The notes beneath the pieces were generated by a model. The model ran no database searches, was not told where the DNA came from, and was given only the letters and a program-made list of their open reading frames with translations. A program made the position numbers and the translations under genes. Source: an uncultured Bacilli bacterium (GTDB lineage Bacteria > Bacillota_I > Bacilli_A > RF39 > UBA660). From it: a DNA stretch of 64,000 nt. Below are positions 10,115 to 20,285 of the stretch, piece by piece. The DNA is taken from the NCBI GenBank assembly GCA_934131175.1, contig CAKOZD010000004.1, forward strand, positions 17,507-81,506, given 5' to 3'. Each line of letters begins with the position of its first letter. The first letter of the stretch is position 1.

Positions 10115-10987
10115 TTATATTATTTCTTCAGGTACATCATCCATTTGTTGGAATTTATTTATTGTTTGCTTTTGCTCTTTTTGTTCTCTTATAATATATC
10201 TTTTATTTCTAATACAGAAATCAATAAACTCTTCTATATTCATTTTTACGAGTTCTTTTTCATAAGCATAGTTATCAAGTTCAAATGCTATTTTATCACG
10301 CATCATCCTAGATAACAACTCATCTTTTGGAATTCCTAAATACATTAACCAATATGGATATATCCATCTTTTTAATTCCATAAGAGATGGTGTGCCATTT
10401 AGGTAACAACTTCTATCATTTAAATTACTAGCATATTCATTTAATATTGCTAATTCTACAATAGCATTTTTAAAATCATTATCTTCTTCTCTATACTTTT
10501 TTATACTATTTATAACTAAAGTCATATTTAATCTTAATAAGTATTCTGTTGGGTCTTTTTTATCTATTTCTACACCTATTATTGCTTTTTCTTTTATAGG
10601 ATTATCAATAATATTTAATTCTTTTGACACAACAAAGAAAGTAAATTCATCTACTTTTTTTCTGATAATGTTACTATACAAGTCTTGTGTTACTTTCTTA
10701 TTTTTATCCCAGATGCGCATTACTTCTAATCTATATTTTTCTACTTGTTTTTTTATTTTTTGATACTCTTTACTTTCAAAAAATATATTGTATATTGTAT
10801 CATCGTTTGGGATAAAGTTTTTATAATCTTCTAATATTAATAATTTATCGTTAAACATGTTATTGTATTTATCTTTAAAAGCATCCCATAATCTTTGTTT
10901 AATCTTATAAATCGGTTCTGATATTGATGCTTGAAATAATAAATACCAAACAAGTGCATATTCGTTTACTATAAAATTTGTATTCAT
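10115..10987 (-). CDS. Hypothetical protein
   Basis: 290-aa ORF with compact spacing to its neighbours. No recognisable motif. Confidence 0.45.
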   Translation of the reverse strand: MNTNFIVNEYALVWYLLFQASISEPIYKIKQRLWDAFKDKYNNMFNDKLLILEDYKNFIPNDDTIYNIFFESKEYQKIKKQVEKYRLEVMRIWDKNKKVTQDLYSNIIRKKVDEFTFFVVSKELNIIDNPIKEKAIIGVEIDKKDPTEYLLRLNMTLVINSIKKYREEDNDFKNAIVELAILNEYASNLNDRSCYLNGTPSLMELKRWIYPYWLMYLGIPKDELLSRMMRDKIAFELDNYAYEKELVKMNIEEFIDFCIRNKRYIIREQKEQKQTINKFQQMDDVPEEII

Positions 10988-11060
10988 TTATTTCACCACT
11001 TCTATTTATATATACTATAATACCAAAAAAAGAGAAAAAGTTGAATACTTTTTCCCTTTA

Positions 11061-12158
11061 TTACATTCTTTTATAGATAAAATATGCTGCTACTGCGATT
11101 AATGCTATTACTAAAATAGCTATTAATATTTTTAGGGCTATTGGCATACTTTTTTCTTTAAATTCATTATCCATTTCAAAGTCTTCATCTGATAAGTCCA
11201 TACTTCTAGTATAAAAGTCTTTGTCTGCTCCTGATAAGTTTTTAGGTTCTTCATCTTTTCTTTTTTCAATTTCTTTTATTGCTTCTTCTGATAAAGACAT
11301 TGGATTAGTATTTTGTTCTTCTGTTGTATCTTTTTCTTCTATACTATCTGAGTTTATTTTTTCATTTTCTTGTTCTTCAAGTTCGTTGTAAGAATCTAAT
11401 TTTTCCTCTAATTTTTTATCTTCTTCTATTATATTTTTTACTTTATCAAGTTCTTCTTTATCATCTATACTTTGTTCTTCATTATTTACTTTTTCTGCTT
11501 TTTCTTCTTTATTTGACTCTTCACCTTCATCTAGTGCATTATCTTGTCCTATACTATTTGCATCCTCTACTTTATCCATTACACTAGTTGCCATTAAATC
11601 ACTTAATAAATTAACACTTGTTTCTTTATCAATTTCACCTGCTAATGTTTTAGATGCTATGGTATCAATTAAATCTCTAAACTCTTCTTCCTCTGGAGTC
11701 ATTATTTTTTTTCTTTTTTCTGCTTTATATTTTTCTAATTCTTCTCTATTTAAATCTGCTAATATATTATAACTTGTATTTTTTAATTTTCTTTTTTCTT
11801 CTAATTTATCTTTTTCTTGTCTATTTTTTCTTGCTTCTTCTAAAACTGTATTTATATCATAAACTTTTTTATCATCTATTTTATAAAGATAATTAAAGTC
11901 ATCTAATTCTTTTTTTACTCTTGGTACTGGTTCTACATTTTTGTATTTTTTCATTTGTTGATATGACTCTCTAGAAGTGTAACTTTCTTTATTTTTAGAA
12001 CCATTTATTTCAAAAGTATTAGAATTAGTTACATCAGTTATATTTGTATATTTTGTATTAGTTGCAATATCTTGATAAAGTTCTTGATTTTTTTCATATC
12101 TATTAGGTCTATCTGGTGCTTCATCTTTATATCTATCCATACGTCTCATACTATTCAC
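11061..12158 (-). CDS. Hypothetical acidic coiled-coil protein with a C-terminal TM anchor
   Basis: E/K/D-rich low-complexity sequence. C-terminal hydrophobic helix PIALKILIAILVIALIAVAAYFIY. Confidence 0.45.
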   Translation of the reverse strand: MNSMRRMDRYKDEAPDRPNRYEKNQELYQDIATNTKYTNITDVTNSNTFEINGSKNKESYTSRESYQQMKKYKNVEPVPRVKKELDDFNYLYKIDDKKVYDINTVLEEARKNRQEKDKLEEKRKLKNTSYNILADLNREELEKYKAEKRKKIMTPEEEEFRDLIDTIASKTLAGEIDKETSVNLLSDLMATSVMDKVEDANSIGQDNALDEGEESNKEEKAEKVNNEEQSIDDKEELDKVKNIIEEDKKLEEKLDSYNELEEQENEKINSDSIEEKDTTEEQNTNPMSLSEEAIKEIEKRKDEEPKNLSGADKDFYTRSMDLSDEDFEMDNEFKEKSMPIALKILIAILVIALIAVAAYFIYKRM

Positions 12159-12252
12159 CCTCTTATTATAAGTTTATCATAGGAAGAAATAAAACAAAAG
12201 ACGTTTTACATTTTTAGATAGATAATTACAAATATCTTTACAATTAAGATTA

Positions 12253-12696
12253 TTAATTATTCATCTTTTGTTTTAATTCTAAATATTCTATACATTTTTT
12301 ATATCTTTTATTTCTTTCTTCATCTTCTTTTGTTATTTTATTAAGTCTATCTGTATTTGAATTGTGTTTTAAATCTTGAAGTTTTACTTTTGTTGCTAGC
12401 TCATTTGTTGATATTTGTTTTATGTATTCATAGTAATCTACATTTTCATCATGAGTTAATAGTTTTAGAGCGTCTATTACTTCTTTTGGAAATTCTTTTT
12501 CTAATTCTTTTATTGTAATTTTTGAATCTTCTACTACATCATGAAGTAATGCTGTTGTTGTCTCTATTTCGTTTGTCATTTTTTCTGCTACTGACCATGG
12601 GTGAAATACATATGGGGTATTTGATTTATCTTTTTGATTTTTATGTGCTTCAAACATTATATTTATTGCTTTTTTAGTCATATCTGTATATATCAT
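12253..12696 (-). CDS. HD-domain protein resembling small alarmone hydrolases (ppGpp hydrolase-like HD fold)
   Basis: HPWSVAEKM...TALLHDVVEDS HD motif resembling the RelA/SpoT hydrolase domain. Only about 147 aa. Start taken at the internal ATG 4 nt after an aggagg SD. Confidence 0.55.
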   Translation of the reverse strand: MIYTDMTKKAINIMFEAHKNQKDKSNTPYVFHPWSVAEKMTNEIETTTALLHDVVEDSKITIKELEKEFPKEVIDALKLLTHDENVDYYEYIKQISTNELATKVKLQDLKHNSNTDRLNKITKEDEERNKRYKKCIEYLELKQKMNN

Positions 12697-12811
12697 AGTT
12701 CCTCCTAGTTTCCATAAAAATATTATCATAATAGTAATTAAAAATAAAGTATAACCTCTTTACTCTATTCATTTTTTTAGATATAATAACCTTTGAAAGC
12801 GAGGTATTAAA

Positions 12812-13027
12812 ATGAAAGTTAAAGTTAATCAAGAAGCATGTATTGGCTGTGGAGCTTGCTGTGCTTATGCTGAAGAAGTTTTTGAAATAAATGAAGATGG
12901 ATTATCTGAAGTTGTAAAAGAAGAAATTTCAGCTGAAGAAGAACAAAATGTTAGGGATGCAATGGATGCATGTCCTACTTCTGCAATTGAAGAAGTTGCT
13001 GCTGAAGAATTAAAAGAAGCTGCATAA
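12812..13027 (+). CDS. Ferredoxin (single [4Fe-4S]/[3Fe-4S] cluster type)
   Basis: CIGCGACCAYAEEVF...DACPTSAIEE cysteine pattern. SD gaggt upstream. Confidence 0.85.
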   Translation: MKVKVNQEACIGCGACCAYAEEVFEINEDGLSEVVKEEISAEEEQNVRDAMDACPTSAIEEVAAEELKEAA

Positions 13028-13039
13028 TTGAATTTATTA

Positions 13040-13067
13040 AGTATTAGATTTTCTAATACTTTTTTTG
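13040..13067 (+). terminator. Terminator of the ferredoxin gene
   Basis: Hairpin agtattag-attt-tctaatact followed by tttttt. Confidence 0.6.
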
Positions 13068-13073
13068 TGCATA

Positions 13074-13102
13074 AGAAAAAGATGGTTTAAATTAACCATC
13101 TT
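13074..13102 (-). terminator. Terminator of tig, convergent with the ferredoxin terminator
   Basis: Hairpin aagatggtt-taaat-taaccatctt, with a U-tract on the minus strand. Confidence 0.55.
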
Positions 13103-13108
13103 ATTTTA

Positions 13109-14407
13109 TTATTTATTTAATTCTTTTAATAATTCGATAACTTTTCTAACTTCTAAATCATATTTAACCATTTCAAGTCCACCGAATTGATTTAAGAAAT
13201 CTTCTTTATCCATTTGATATTTCTTAGCTAATTCTTCAGCTTCTTTTTCAGCATCTTCATCACTTACAACAATTTTTTCGATTTGTTGAATTTCTTCAAT
13301 CATTAAACGATATAAAACATTGTTGAATGCTTCTTTTTCCATTTGACTTCTTAATTGTTCTTCATTTGAACCAGTGAATTGGTAATATAAATCTAAAGAG
13401 ATTCCTTGCATTTTCATTTGTTCAGCAAATCTTCCCATTAAACGATCAACTTCTTCATTAACCATTTCTTCTGGAATATCTACTTCAACGTTTTTAGAAA
13501 CTCCTTCAAGTAATGAATCTACATATTTGTTTTCAGCATCCATTTCTTTTTGTGCTTTAATGGATTCTTTAATTTCTGCTTTTAATTTATCTTCAGAATC
13601 GATTCCTTCCATTCCTAAATCTTCAAAGAAATCTTCATCTAATTCACGAGTTTTCTTTTCTTTTACTTCATTTACTTTAACTTTGAAAACAACTGGAGCT
13701 CCTGCTAAGTCTTTAGCACCATAATCTTCTGGGAAAGTTACATTTAAATCTTTCTCTTCTCCTGCTTTCATACCAATAACTTGTTCTTCAAATCCTGGAA
13801 TAAATGTATTTGAACCAATCTCTAATGAATAGTTTTCACCTTTTCCACCATCGAATGCTTCTCCATCTTTAAATCCTTCGAAGTCAATAATTGCTACATC
13901 ACCATTCTTAACTTCTCCATCTTTTGTTACAAGTTCAGTATATCTTTCTAATAAATGAGAAAGTTCATGATTTATTTCTTCATCAGTTACTTCTACTTCT
14001 TCTGGCTTAATATTTAAACCTTTGTATTTGTTAACTTTAACTTCTGGCTTAGTAATAATTTTGAAAGTAAATTCTACTCCTTCTTCACCAATGTTTTTTA
14101 AGTTTACTTCAGGTTGTACAACTGGTACTAATTTTGAATCATCCATTGCTTTTGCATATGCATCTTGTAATACTGCATCTGCTGCATCTAAATATAATGA
14201 TTCTTTACCAAATTTCTTTTCATAAATATTTCTTGGTACTTTACCTTGTCTAAATCCATCAACTTTTACAGTCTTTTGTTTTTTAGTAAATACTTTATCT
14301 ATAGCATTTTTCCAAGCGTCACCATCGATTTTTACAGTAACTTCATGTTTGTTTTTATTTTCTTTTTTTTCAGTTTTAATTTCTTTTGTTTCTTCTTTTT
14401 TTGCCAT
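13109..14407 (-). CDS. tig: Trigger factor (ribosome-associated PPIase chaperone)
   Basis: KVDGFRQGKVPRNIYEKKFG and the FKBP-type middle domain. Start set at MAKKEE, which has a ggaggg SD. Confidence 0.9.
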   Translation of the reverse strand: MAKKEETKEIKTEKKENKNKHEVTVKIDGDAWKNAIDKVFTKKQKTVKVDGFRQGKVPRNIYEKKFGKESLYLDAADAVLQDAYAKAMDDSKLVPVVQPEVNLKNIGEEGVEFTFKIITKPEVKVNKYKGLNIKPEEVEVTDEEINHELSHLLERYTELVTKDGEVKNGDVAIIDFEGFKDGEAFDGGKGENYSLEIGSNTFIPGFEEQVIGMKAGEEKDLNVTFPEDYGAKDLAGAPVVFKVKVNEVKEKKTRELDEDFFEDLGMEGIDSEDKLKAEIKESIKAQKEMDAENKYVDSLLEGVSKNVEVDIPEEMVNEEVDRLMGRFAEQMKMQGISLDLYYQFTGSNEEQLRSQMEKEAFNNVLYRLMIEEIQQIEKIVVSDEDAEKEAEELAKKYQMDKEDFLNQFGGLEMVKYDLEVRKVIELLKELNK

Positions 14408-14461
14408 ATTATCCCTCCAACGACATTTATTATACATGATAATTTTATTTAAAACAACAAT

Positions 14462-14956
14462 TTACTTACTTTTTATTGCACTATTATCGTAACTTTCGCT
14501 TTTCTTATAACTTTCGAAGAAGTTTTTAGCAATATTTTCATAATCAGGGTGTTCAACGAAAATATCAACTACTTTTTCTCCTGTTTTTTCTTGTATTCCT
14601 AAATAGATAGTATTGTCTGTTGTAACTGGTAGGCCTGTTGCTAATTCATGAAGTCCTTTGCTATTTTCTACTAATACTAAATTTTCTGCAATACCTAGAG
14701 CATCATATAATAATGATGTTTCCATATTATATTTTTCAATATACTTTTCGGTATTTTCATCTATTCCATTTATAGCATAATCACCATATGTAAGTTCTAG
14801 GCGAGTACTTTCTCTCTTTGTTAATTCATGATCAATTTTATCTGTCATTTCAGCAAATGGTATTCCATTAAATTTAACAAATTTTGATGTTACTGGAACA
14901 TAATAATATCTATTAAAATCAAATACCTTCTCTCTTTTTATTTCTTCTTTTTTCAT
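14462..14956 (-). CDS. Hypothetical protein
   Basis: 164-aa ORF with no recognisable motif. Confidence 0.4.
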   Translation of the reverse strand: MKKEEIKREKVFDFNRYYYVPVTSKFVKFNGIPFAEMTDKIDHELTKRESTRLELTYGDYAINGIDENTEKYIEKYNMETSLLYDALGIAENLVLVENSKGLHELATGLPVTTDNTIYLGIQEKTGEKVVDIFVEHPDYENIAKNFFESYKKSESYDNSAIKSK

Positions 14957-15093
14957 TTCAATCCTCCCCTTCCAACTTTTTGATAACGTGTTCTATTATA
15001 ACACAGGAAGATTTATTTCTAAAGGAACATTGTAAAGAGAAATAGTAAATTTACAAAACTTTACATTTAAAAGCAAAAAAATAATCACTAGGA

Positions 15094-16101
15094 TTATTTT
15101 TCATTTTGTTTAAGTATAAAGTTATATGAATCTCTCATCATTTCTTCTATTCCAAGGTTTGCTTTCCAACCTAATTCTTTTAAGGCAAGAGATGCGTCTG
15201 CATAACAACTAGCAATATCTCCTGGACGTCTTGCAACTATTTTATATGGTACTTTTACATTATTAACTTTTTCAAATGCTTTTACCATATCAAGTACACT
15301 GTATCCAACACCTGTTCCTAAATTATAGTAATGAATTCCGTTTGTTTTTACTGCTTTTTCTAGAGCTTTTATATGACCTTTTGCTAGGTCAACTACATGA
15401 ATATAATCACGTACTCCTGTTCCATCTGGTGTTTCATAATCATCACCAAATACACTAAGTATTTCTAACTCACCTGATGCAACTCTTGCAATATATGGCA
15501 TTAAGTTGTTTGGAATACCATTTGGTTTTTCGCCAATAAGACCTGACTCATGTGCTCCAATTGGATTAAAATATCTTAAAACGATTGGTGTAAATTCACT
15601 ATCTGATACTACGATATCTTTTAGTATTTGTTCAATCATTAATTTACTTGTTCCATATGGGTTTGTTGTTCCACCAACCTTGCAATCTTCTGTTAATGGT
15701 AATTTTTCTGGGTCACCATAAACTGTTGCTGATGATGAGAATATTAGTTTTTTACAATTATGTTTTTGCATTACTTCACATAAATGAAGTGTTGAAATTA
15801 AATTATTCTCATAATACATGATTGGTTTAGCAACACTTTCTCCTACTGCTTTAAATCCAGCAAAATGAATAACTGCATCTATTTCATTTTCTGTAAATAT
15901 TTTTTCTAATGCTTCAATATCACAAACATCTTCTTCGTAAAATTTAATATCTTTGTTTGTTATTTCTTTTATCTTATCAATTACATCAATACTTGCATTT
16001 GATAGATTATCAACAACAACTACTTCATATCCTTCATTTAATAGTTCAACTACTGTGTGACTTCCTATGAATCCAAGTCCACCTGTAACTAGTACTTTCA
16101 T
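15094..16101 (-). CDS. galE: UDP-glucose 4-epimerase
   Basis: [15 protein letters not shown] Rossmann N-terminus and a YxxxK SDR motif. Start set at the ATG preceded by ggagg. Confidence 0.85.
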   Translation of the reverse strand: MKVLVTGGLGFIGSHTVVELLNEGYEVVVVDNLSNASIDVIDKIKEITNKDIKFYEEDVCDIEALEKIFTENEIDAVIHFAGFKAVGESVAKPIMYYENNLISTLHLCEVMQKHNCKKLIFSSSATVYGDPEKLPLTEDCKVGGTTNPYGTSKLMIEQILKDIVVSDSEFTPIVLRYFNPIGAHESGLIGEKPNGIPNNLMPYIARVASGELEILSVFGDDYETPDGTGVRDYIHVVDLAKGHIKALEKAVKTNGIHYYNLGTGVGYSVLDMVKAFEKVNNVKVPYKIVARRPGDIASCYADASLALKELGWKANLGIEEMMRDSYNFILKQNEK

Positions 16102-16102
16102 A

Positions 16103-16618
16103 TTAACCTCCATAAACTTCATGATACACGTCAACTACTTGTATCATTTCTCTTCCAATATTGATATCTATATTACCATCATCTATCGCTTTTTTCAAGA
16201 AGTCTTCTAAATCATTGAAATTCACATAAAACAAATTAAATTCTGTTGCAAGTTCTAATTCATCGTAATGTGTTTCATTAAAGTTTGGAAGACTGTCAGT
16301 AAATATTCTATAATAATAAATACTATTAAGTACTTTCTTACCACTTCCAAAATAATCATTATCATATGTTGAAATACATAAAAAAGGCTCATCTAGTGTT
16401 CCAATATCAATTCCTGTTTCTTCTTTTATTTCTCTTATTAAGCACTTATCTTTTTCTTCATTATCTTCTAAGTGCCCACCAGGGAACTGATATGTATTAT
16501 TATTATGAGCTAGTAATATTTTACCACTTGAATTAAGCATTAATCCTTTTACTCTTACTACTTTCATTTCTATATCATTATCAGTTAAATTATTATCATT
16601 AAAAATTATTGTTTTCAT
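16103..16618 (-). CDS. Nudix hydrolase
   Basis: Nudix box [24 protein letters not shown]. Confidence 0.7.
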   Translation of the reverse strand: MKTIIFNDNNLTDNDIEMKVVRVKGLMLNSSGKILLAHNNNTYQFPGGHLEDNEEKDKCLIREIKEETGIDIGTLDEPFLCISTYDNDYFGSGKKVLNSIYYYRIFTDSLPNFNETHYDELELATEFNLFYVNFNDLEDFLKKAIDDGNIDINIGREMIQVVDVYHEVYGG

Positions 16619-16636
16619 TCTACCACCCTCTACTAA

Positions 16637-17737
16637 TTATAAATATCTTTCCCAATATTCAATTACATTAGGACTTACTGTGTTGTATACTGCCTCTATT
16701 GTATTTTTCATAACTGTTGCTTTTCTCCATACTGTTGTTCCATAATTTAGGCAACTTGCTTTGGATGAGGCCATCATGTATTCAAATGTTGATGCTCTAT
16801 CTTCTTCTGCAGATGTTTGAGCATAAGCATTTACAAATGGAGCATCTTGCGAAAATGTTACATTATATGAATTGGAGTTAGTAATATTTCCATATGAAAA
16901 TCCTTGAGGATTTAATGTGTTCCAAGAATTAAAGTTTGCTCCCTTTTTAAACATATATCTTTCTATATAATGATATGATTCGTGATAGAAAGATTCTTCA
17001 AATGGATAAGATACTGCAATTGAAATTACAGCATATGAATAACTTGAATCTGTTACTCCAGTAATACTATTTTCGGCATAATTGTTTATAAGCATTATAG
17101 TTAGTGGAATTCCTCCATTTCTAATTTCTGAAAAAAAACCTTTTGGGTATACACTTAATGCTTGATTTAGTCTGTTTAGACTAGCGTTAATTGTTGTTGA
17201 ATTAGTAACTGGTGTTGTTGAAACTCCTGCTACTGTATATCCACTTGTTTCATTTCCATACTTAATTGTTATTCCGTAAGTTGATTGAATAGTATTTCTT
17301 AAGCTGTTATTTGTCTCTTCAAGTGTTGGTACATATACATTATTATTTTGTGTTGGTTGTTGCACTGTACCATTGTTGTTTGTATTCTGATTAGTATTAG
17401 TATTTTGATTAGTATTATTTGACTGATTATTGTTATTAGATGGAGTTTCTGTTGGTGTTTGGTTTGCATTATTATCAATTGTTTCTTCACTGTTAGTTGT
17501 ACTAGTTGTTTGATTTCCTGGTACTACTTCACTATTGTCTATTGTCGAGATATTAATTGTTGATTTTTCTTCTTGTTCTACATCTTTTACTGGGTCAAAT
17601 AAACTTCTACCACTAGCAACATTTAATACTATTCCATACACTAAAAAAGTAAGAGAGGCAACTATTAATATTTTGGCATAATAAGACCAACTATTAATAT
17701 TTTTCTTTTTCTTATTACGCATATTAATTCCCTCCAC
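16637..17737 (-). CDS. Membrane-anchored N/Q/T-rich protein with a C-terminal HExxH-containing domain
   Basis: N-terminal TM helix, a long low-complexity N/Q/T linker, and an HESYH motif in the C-terminal domain. Confidence 0.45.
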   Translation of the reverse strand: MEGINMRNKKKKNINSWSYYAKILIVASLTFLVYGIVLNVASGRSLFDPVKDVEQEEKSTINISTIDNSEVVPGNQTTSTTNSEETIDNNANQTPTETPSNNNNQSNNTNQNTNTNQNTNNNGTVQQPTQNNNVYVPTLEETNNSLRNTIQSTYGITIKYGNETSGYTVAGVSTTPVTNSTTINASLNRLNQALSVYPKGFFSEIRNGGIPLTIMLINNYAENSITGVTDSSYSYAVISIAVSYPFEESFYHESYHYIERYMFKKGANFNSWNTLNPQGFSYGNITNSNSYNVTFSQDAPFVNAYAQTSAEEDRASTFEYMMASSKASCLNYGTTVWRKATVMKNTIEAVYNTVSPNVIEYWERYL

Positions 17738-17743
17738 TTACTA

Positions 17744-18271
17744 TTACTTAAAAAACATAACTATTAAAATAAATGATATTACTAAAACAACTATCATAAG
17801 TAAGAATATCCATATATTAGCAATTCCACTATTATTTATTAAAATTTCTTCTTTCTTCTCATCTGTTTCAAAAAGTTTATTCAAATGATTGGCTTGTTCT
17901 TTTGTTAGACCATCTATTGTAATTAAATCATTATTACTTGATACAAGTCTAAATGTCATGAATTCATCTTTATCTAAATTAACTATATCATTTATAATAA
18001 AATTCTCATCATCGTTTAGTCTCTTTATAAGTGAATCTAAAAAATCGTTATAAAAAGCATTATTACATTTAAATGTTACATCGCTAAATTCTTTAGTATC
18101 TCCATTTTGACTTACTATTTTTAATTTAATTAAACATTTTGAATCTACAATATCAATACTTAATATTATAGAACTACTTTTACTTGATAATCTAAATATA
18201 TTAAATATTTTTTCTATATAATCATCGTAATTTTCTTCTGTTAAATTACTATCTAATAAACTGTTTTCCAT
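17744..18271 (-). CDS. Hypothetical protein with a C-terminal TM anchor
   Basis: 175 aa with a C-terminal hydrophobic helix. Tightly spaced with its neighbours. Confidence 0.4.
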   Translation of the reverse strand: MENSLLDSNLTEENYDDYIEKIFNIFRLSSKSSSIILSIDIVDSKCLIKLKIVSQNGDTKEFSDVTFKCNNAFYNDFLDSLIKRLNDDENFIINDIVNLDKDEFMTFRLVSSNNDLITIDGLTKEQANHLNKLFETDEKKEEILINNSGIANIWIFLLMIVVLVISFILIVMFFK

Positions 18272-18280
18272 ATAACTCCC

Positions 18281-19933
18281 CTATTTGACTACTGCATTAC
18301 TTTCTTGTAACTGTTTGTTTAATACACTTATTTGATCATACATTTCTTGTGCTTCGTTTATTTTTCCTTCTTGATATAATTTGTTTGCTTCATTCATCAT
18401 TGCTTCTATATTTTCTGGTGATGGGGCAAGGAGTCCATTATCTACTAATTCTTGTACCTCACTATCTACTCCATTAACATTTCTACTTGCAATAGTTCCT
18501 CTTGAACTTAGTAAAGCATTTTGAGTTTGGTATGATGCTCTTAAATTAGTAACTTGTTTTAGTGATGTCAAAATTGCTTTTGGTGGGTCTTGTGATGCTT
18601 TTATAAATGTCATTAGTGGCTCTTTTTTTAAATCTTCTTGATAAGTTACTTCTTCTTGATTTTCTATTGCTGGTATTGATGGAGCAAATTCTTCTTGTTG
18701 TTGTGTATCGGTAGTAATGCTTGGTGGTGCAACTACACCTTCTTCTGTAATTTCTGGACTTACTTGTTCTTCTGTTTCTTCACTTGGCTGCTGTTGTTCA
18801 GTCTCTTCTGTTGCTATTGGAATCAATGGTGTATTTTCTCCTTGACTTACTTGTTCAGATGGTTGTTCTGGAGCAACTTCTTCTTGATTTTCTTCATCTT
18901 CTTGTTCTATTTGAGGTTCTTGTACTTCTTGTTGTTCTTCATAAACTGTTGTATCTTCTGGTTCTTCTTGAACTAATTCAGTATTATCAGCTGGAGTTTC
19001 TATTGGTTGTTCCTCATAAACTTGTTCTTCATTTTGAACTTCTTGACTTACTTCAGGTACTACTTCTTCAGTATTAATTATAGGCTCTGTTGATTCTATT
19101 TGTTCTTCAACTGGAGTTTCTTCTACATCAGTAGAGTTATCTGCATTTTGTTCTATAGGCTCAACTTGCTCTTCTATAGCAGGTGTTGATTGGTCTTCTA
19201 TTGGAACTTCTTCTGTCATAACAGGTTCTTGTGTTGCGTTTTCTATTGTCTCTTCTTGTTCTTCTGTAGTATACGTTTCTTCCACATTTTCTTCTGTAAC
19301 TGGTTCTTCTATTTCTTCAGTAGCAACATTTTTCTCTGCTTGTTCGACAGGTTCTACTACTTCTTCTTGTTCTTGTGCCATAATTGGTTCTTCTTGTGCA
19401 CTTTCTATAGTTTCTTCTTGCACTTTGCTTGGCTCTACTTGAGAAGTACTTTCTTCAGGTACTTGTTCAATGCTTTCTTCAACTACTGGTTCTTCATTTG
19501 AATCAGTATAGTCATTGATTTCTCTAACAACATCAGGGTCTTGATTTACACTTTCTATTGTTGCTTCTTGTTGATATACAGGAGAGTTGATACTATCACT
19601 TATATTATTTATATTTCCATTTTTCAAATCTGCAATTATTTCTTTTATATTTTCATCTTCTATACTGTCAAGGTCTTTTGAATAAGAATCTACTTTTTCA
19701 AGAGATGCTGAAAGTGTATTCATCGTAATAATAATTTGTCTTAGAGCACTTCTTTCATCTGCACATAATTTACTTAATTTTTCTTTAAAATCTTCATCCG
19801 TTGTCGTTGTTATTTTTTGTTCTATTTCGTAAAGTTTATTTTCTTCACTACTAATTATATCCATTAAAGCGGCTTTAATTTTAACTAAAACATTTTCATA
19901 TTCTTGATTTTCATAAACATATTCAGTTATCAT
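18281..19933 (-). CDS. Highly acidic E/Q/P/T-rich low-complexity protein
   Basis: 550 aa. The central region is almost entirely E/Q/V/P/T repeats. The N- and C-terminal helical domains are not recognised. Confidence 0.45.
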   Translation of the reverse strand: MITEYVYENQEYENVLVKIKAALMDIISSEENKLYEIEQKITTTTDEDFKEKLSKLCADERSALRQIIITMNTLSASLEKVDSYSKDLDSIEDENIKEIIADLKNGNINNISDSINSPVYQQEATIESVNQDPDVVREINDYTDSNEEPVVEESIEQVPEESTSQVEPSKVQEETIESAQEEPIMAQEQEEVVEPVEQAEKNVATEEIEEPVTEENVEETYTTEEQEETIENATQEPVMTEEVPIEDQSTPAIEEQVEPIEQNADNSTDVEETPVEEQIESTEPIINTEEVVPEVSQEVQNEEQVYEEQPIETPADNTELVQEEPEDTTVYEEQQEVQEPQIEQEDEENQEEVAPEQPSEQVSQGENTPLIPIATEETEQQQPSEETEEQVSPEITEEGVVAPPSITTDTQQQEEFAPSIPAIENQEEVTYQEDLKKEPLMTFIKASQDPPKAILTSLKQVTNLRASYQTQNALLSSRGTIASRNVNGVDSEVQELVDNGLLAPSPENIEAMMNEANKLYQEGKINEAQEMYDQISVLNKQLQESNAVVK

Positions 19934-19947
19934 TTAATCACCTTCCA

Positions 19948-20229
19948 TTATGCATTTGCTATTTTCTTTAATAGATTTTGAACACTAAGCCATTCATTAT
20001 CATCAGTAATTTCTTGTAAGAGAAGATTTTCACCATTTTGAAGTATCTTTGAAATGTATATTACTTCATCTCCGTCGGCACCACTTAACTCGCCTTTTGA
20101 ATAAACCAAATACGTATTTATTTGATCATCACTAATTAAATAAGTCACTAATTCAACTTCCATTGAACTACCATCTTGGTTTTTAACAACAATCATTTTT
20201 TTCTCATTCGTACTCAAATTATTATTCAT
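19948..20229 (-). CDS. DUF1292/UPF0473-family small protein
   Basis: Small acidic protein. Its pattern, VELVTYLISDD...YLVYS...DEVIYISKI, resembles the YrzB/DUF1292 family. Confidence 0.45.
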   Translation of the reverse strand: MNNNLSTNEKKMIVVKNQDGSSMEVELVTYLISDDQINTYLVYSKGELSGADGDEVIYISKILQNGENLLLQEITDDNEWLSVQNLLKKIANA

Positions 20230-20285
20230 AGTAAAACTCCTTCTATTCTAAGTTATATTATAACTAATTTTTAATAAGAAGTAAA

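Noticed and set aside
18695-19501. Plus-strand ORFs (93, 97, 103 aa) inside the polyacidic protein gene
   Set aside because: Antisense to the E/Q-rich repeat region, so they read as F/L/W/C-rich nonsense. No start context.
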